The notes beneath the pieces are model-generated. The model was not told where the DNA came from, made no database searches, and saw only the letters and a program-made list of their open reading frames with translations. A DNA stretch of 50,058 nt, from contig JAJZNI010000129.1 in NCBI GenBank assembly GCA_021847925.1, positions 1 to 50,058 on the forward strand. Reading direction: 5' to 3'. The DNA comes from a bacterium. GTDB taxonomy: Bacteria; Chloroflexota; Dormibacteria; Aeolococcales; Aeolococcaceae. The position numbers and the translations under genes were made by a program. Of the stretch, positions 47,601 to 50,058 are shown in pieces; the first letter of the stretch is position 1; every line of letters starts with the position of its first letter.

Positions 47601-48329
47601 CACCTCCTGGACGGCGGCGGGCACCTGGGCGTAGAAGGGGTTGACGGTCTCGCGTGCCTGGAAGTAGACGTCGGGGTTCTGGGCGGTGCCCCGGATCACC
47701 GGATGCTCGGGGGAGAGCGCCCGGGCACGGTGGGCACGGACCAGCTCGGCGGGGACCAGGGCGCGCAGGTCGTCGTCCGTCAGCAGCTCGACGGTGTTGA
47801 GCTCGTGCGAGGTGCGGAACCCGTCGAAGAAATGGACGAAGGGGATGCGGGTGCGCAGGGTCGCCGCCTGGGCGACCACGGCGAGGTCGTGAGCCTCCTG
47901 CACCGACGCGGACGCCAGCAGCGCGAACCCCGTCTGGCGCACCGCCATGACATCCGAGTGGTCACCGAAGATGGAGAGCGCCTGGGCGGCCAGGGAGCGG
48001 GCGGCGACGTGGAAGACCGTCGGGGTCAGCTCCCCGGCGATCTTGTACATGTTGGGCACCATGAGGAGCAGGCCCTGGGAGGCGGTGAAGGTGGTGGTGA
48101 GCACGCCGCCCTGGAGCGCGCCGTGGAGAGCGCCGGCGGCGCCCCCCTCGCTCTGCATCTCGATCACGGTGGGGACGCTGCCCCACACGTTCGGGCGCCC
48201 CCGGCTGGCCCACTCGTCGGCCAGCTCGGCCATCGGTGAGGAGGGGGTGATGGGGAAGATCGCGCACACCTCGTTGAGCCGGTAGGCGGTCGTGACCGCG
48301 GCCTCGTTGCCGTCGATGGTGGTGCGCAT
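44679..48329 (-). CDS. nifJ: Pyruvate:ferredoxin (flavodoxin) oxidoreductase, homodimeric type
   Basis: DGNEA, FPITPSS, MQSEGGAAG, FFDGFRTSHE, GADGTVGANK, CIQCGNCSFVCP, CTGCALCVEACP, FSGACAGCGE, GGDGWAYDIG, YSNTGGQ. Confidence 0.96.
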   Translation of the reverse strand: MRTTIDGNEAAVTTAYRLNEVCAIFPITPSSPMAELADEWASRGRPNVWGSVPTVIEMQSEGGAAGALHGALQGGVLTTTFTASQGLLLMVPNMYKIAGELTPTVFHVAARSLAAQALSIFGDHSDVMAVRQTGFALLASASVQEAHDLAVVAQAATLRTRIPFVHFFDGFRTSHELNTVELLTDDDLRALVPAELVRAHRARALSPEHPVIRGTAQNPDVYFQARETVNPFYAQVPAAVQEVMDMLGERTGRRYHLADYHGAPDAERVIVIMGSGGETAAETAAYLAERGERVGVVQLRLYRPFPADALLAALPRSVRRVAVLDRTKEPGSLGEPLFLDVLGALSEAHGGGARDVMPLVVGGRYGLSSKELTPGMVAGVFAELAREHPRPRFTVGIDDDVSGTSLPYDRALDIESPRTLRALFFGMGADGTVGANKNTIKILGVDAGLQAQGYFVYDSKKSGSETVSHLRFGPDPIRAPYLIGQASFVGCHHPRLIERPEVVERAAPGATLLLNTPSPAGEVWDTLTRGAQEQILAKRLAVYAIDASRVAREAGLGKRVNTVLQTCFFAISGVLPQDQAIAAIKGAIAKTYARRGPEVVERNNAAVDAAVAALHRVDVPERVTSTRAVRPPVPDSAPVFVRTVTAAMMAGHGDDLPVSALPVDGTYPTGTAAYEKRNISEEIAAWDPELCIQCGNCSFVCPHSVIRSKLYGEEMLAGAPAGFPSMDLAARGLPDHRFTLMVYAEDCTGCALCVEACPITAPGGTGRRAINLARREPLVDAARRHIAFFEALPLVERSRVDFETVRGTQFLEPLFEFSGACAGCGETPYLRLLSQLFGDRLVVANATGCSSIYGGNLPTTPWTTNAQGRGPAWSNSLFEDNAEFGLGFRLAADQQLGLARDRLGELREQVGEALAGEILGASQRRESEYQSQRERVAELRRRLEALPEPTPAVADLVSVLDQLVRRSVWIVGGDGWAYDIGSGGLDHVLASGRDVNVLVLDTEVYSNTGGQASKATPLAAVAKFAAAGKRVGKKDLALQAIAYGNVYVARVAMGADPEQTLRALREAEAYEGPSLVIAYSHCIAHGIEKDGIELRNGLDQQYRAVASGYWPLMRYDPVLRAAGRNPFLLDSPRPRIPFIDYARQELRYRILGRSHPDEAKRLLALAQEEVNRVWATYEEMAARGAERYPARADGSAPLGSPPEVAEEPAAAAACTR

Positions 48330-49963
48330 CACATGGGCTCCGGAGTCATCTCGATGGCATGCACGGGGCACTGCTCGTAGCAGGTCCCGCAGCCGGTGCA
48401 GCGTTCGTAGTCGAAGCGGTAGCGATTCCCCTTGCCCAGCTTGACCACGGCGTCCTCCGGGCAGGCCCCGAGGCAGCCGTCGCACTCGAAGCAGTTCCCA
48501 CAGGAGAGGCAGCGCTGCGCCTCGTAGACGGCCTCGCGCTCGCCGAGCCCGCCGACCACCTCCGCGAAGTCCCCCACCCGCTCCGCGGGAGCGCGCTCCG
48601 GCTGGCGGCGGGCGCCCGCCTCCGCGAAGTACCAGGGGTGCAGCTTCTCGTAGGCGGCGAGCTCGTGCTTCGGCGGGGTCGCCTCCTCAGCGCCGTGCAG
48701 ATGGGCGTCGATGTGGCGCGCCGCCTTCTTGCCGTGTCCCACGCCCACCGTGACCGTGCGCTCGGCGGGCACCATGTCCCCACCCGCGAACACCCCGGGG
48801 CAGCCGGTCATCATCGAGGCCGAGACCACGACGGTGCCGTCCCGCTTCAGCTCCACCCCGGGAACCCGGCTCAGAAACTCCGTGTCGGCGTCCTGTCCCA
48901 CCGCCAGGATGACCGTGTCCGCGGCGAGCTTCTCGAAGCGGCCGGTGGGCTGCGGGAACCCGGAGCCGTCGAGCTCCATCACCTCCACGGTGAGCTCGGA
49001 CCCCTCGAAGGCGGTGATGGTGTGCAGCCAGTTGATCCGCACCCCCTCACGCTCCGCCGCCTCCGCCTCCTCCTCATGGGCGGGCATCCGCTCGCGGTTG
49101 CGCCGGTACACGATCATGGCCTCGCTCGCGCCCAGGCGGCGCGCCACGCGGGCGGCGTCCATGGCGGTGTTGCCACCTCCGTAGACGGCGACCCGGCGCC
49201 CGATGACGGGACGCTCCCCCGCCGCGACGTCACGCAGGAACGAGACCGCATCCACGATGCGCCCCGCCTCCCGCGCCGGGATGTCCACGTGCTTGGAGAG
49301 GTGCGCGCCCACCGCCACGAAGACGGCGTCGAAGCCGCCCTCGGCGCGCTCCGCGGCGAGGTCGGTGACGCGGTGACCCTGGGTGAAGCGCACCCCGAGC
49401 GCCTCGATGCGCGCCAGCTCACCGGCGAGCACGTCGCGCGGCAGCCGGTAGTCGGGGATGCCGTAGCGCATCATCCCGCCCGGCTCGGGGCTCAGGTCGC
49501 GGATCTCGACGCGGTGACCGCGGCGGGCGAGCTGGTAGGCGGCGGAGAGCCCGCTCGGCCCCGAGCCGACCACCAGGACGCGCTTCCCGCTCGGCGCGGC
49601 GGGCGCCGGGAACGACCACCCGCGCTCCAGGGCGAGGTCACCGAGGAAGCGCTCGACGGCGTGGATGGAGACGGAGCTGTCCAGCTCCTTGCGGTTGCAG
49701 ACGTCCTCGCAGGGGTGGTAGCAGACGCGACCGTGAATCGCCGGCAGGGGATTGTCGTCGACCAGCTGGCGCCAGGCGTCCTCGTAGCTTCCGTCGCGCA
49801 CCAGCGCGAGCCAGGCCTGGATGTTCTCGCCGGCGGGGCAGCCGCTGTTGCAGGGGGGGAGCAGGTCGAGGTACTGAGGGCGGCGAGTCCGCACCGGCCC
49901 CGCCCTCGACGCCCCGTGGAGCAGGTCGGGCAGCGGTGTCAGCTCGAGTCCGCCAGGGCTCAT
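48329..49963 (-). CDS. GltD/DsrL-like NAD(P)-binding Fe-S flavoprotein with a C-terminal 2[4Fe-4S] domain
   Basis: PCNSGCP, GRVCYHPCEDVCNR, VGSGPSG, GGGNTAMD, YRR, RCLSCGNCFECDGCLGACP, CTGCGTCYEQCP. GGAGG RBS; TGATG coupling to nifJ. Confidence 0.9.
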   Translation of the reverse strand: MSPGGLELTPLPDLLHGASRAGPVRTRRPQYLDLLPPCNSGCPAGENIQAWLALVRDGSYEDAWRQLVDDNPLPAIHGRVCYHPCEDVCNRKELDSSVSIHAVERFLGDLALERGWSFPAPAAPSGKRVLVVGSGPSGLSAAYQLARRGHRVEIRDLSPEPGGMMRYGIPDYRLPRDVLAGELARIEALGVRFTQGHRVTDLAAERAEGGFDAVFVAVGAHLSKHVDIPAREAGRIVDAVSFLRDVAAGERPVIGRRVAVYGGGNTAMDAARVARRLGASEAMIVYRRNRERMPAHEEEAEAAEREGVRINWLHTITAFEGSELTVEVMELDGSGFPQPTGRFEKLAADTVILAVGQDADTEFLSRVPGVELKRDGTVVVSASMMTGCPGVFAGGDMVPAERTVTVGVGHGKKAARHIDAHLHGAEEATPPKHELAAYEKLHPWYFAEAGARRQPERAPAERVGDFAEVVGGLGEREAVYEAQRCLSCGNCFECDGCLGACPEDAVVKLGKGNRYRFDYERCTGCGTCYEQCPVHAIEMTPEPM

Positions 49964-50058
49964 GCCGTGCCTCCGGTCGTGGGTTGGTTGGGCGTCGGTG
50001 TCGCGCCCACCGCGGGGGCGCGGCGCGCGCCTCGTCACCCGTCACGACACGCGGGGGA

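Noticed and set aside
415-48239. Many long antisense or alternate-frame ORFs (e.g. 415-2529 -, 11179-13539 -, 24303-27341 -, 44865-48239 +)
   Set aside because: They overlap well-supported genes, are Arg/Pro/Gly/Ala-rich or mirror-frame, and carry no motifs. They are expected shadows in very GC-rich DNA.

Overview
A very GC-rich bacterial window that looks actinobacterial-like; the taxon cannot be fixed from the sequence. It reads as a coherent low-oxygen energy island. In order: the 3' end of cydB plus cydDC; a GltD-like Fe-S flavoprotein with 2-oxoacid:ferredoxin oxidoreductase alpha/beta and a ThDP enzyme; phosphoketolase-acetate kinase; citrate synthase; Nudix-PPK2; a CBS/BON protein; hypC-like/hypC/hypD/hypE; a metal/redox block (metallothionein-like ORF, acyltransferase, orn, copA-copZ-csoR, a second CsoR-family regulator, thioredoxin); hypA and hypF; a group 3b [NiFe]-hydrogenase operon with an inserted cNMP-binding gene; DHOD-like and NMO-like flavoproteins; a DtxR-family regulator with coproporphyrin-pathway heme genes and an AhbD-like radical SAM gene; and a second GltD-like gene coupled to pyruvate:ferredoxin oxidoreductase. 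The strongest non-coding signal, read by eye, is a degenerate 14-bp palindrome (GGGAC-N4-GTCCC type, DosR/DevR-box-like). It occurs as arrays with exact 23-bp spacing in seven intergenic regions. I saw no rRNA, tRNA, CRISPR array or mobile element. All calls come from motif recognition; no searches were run.
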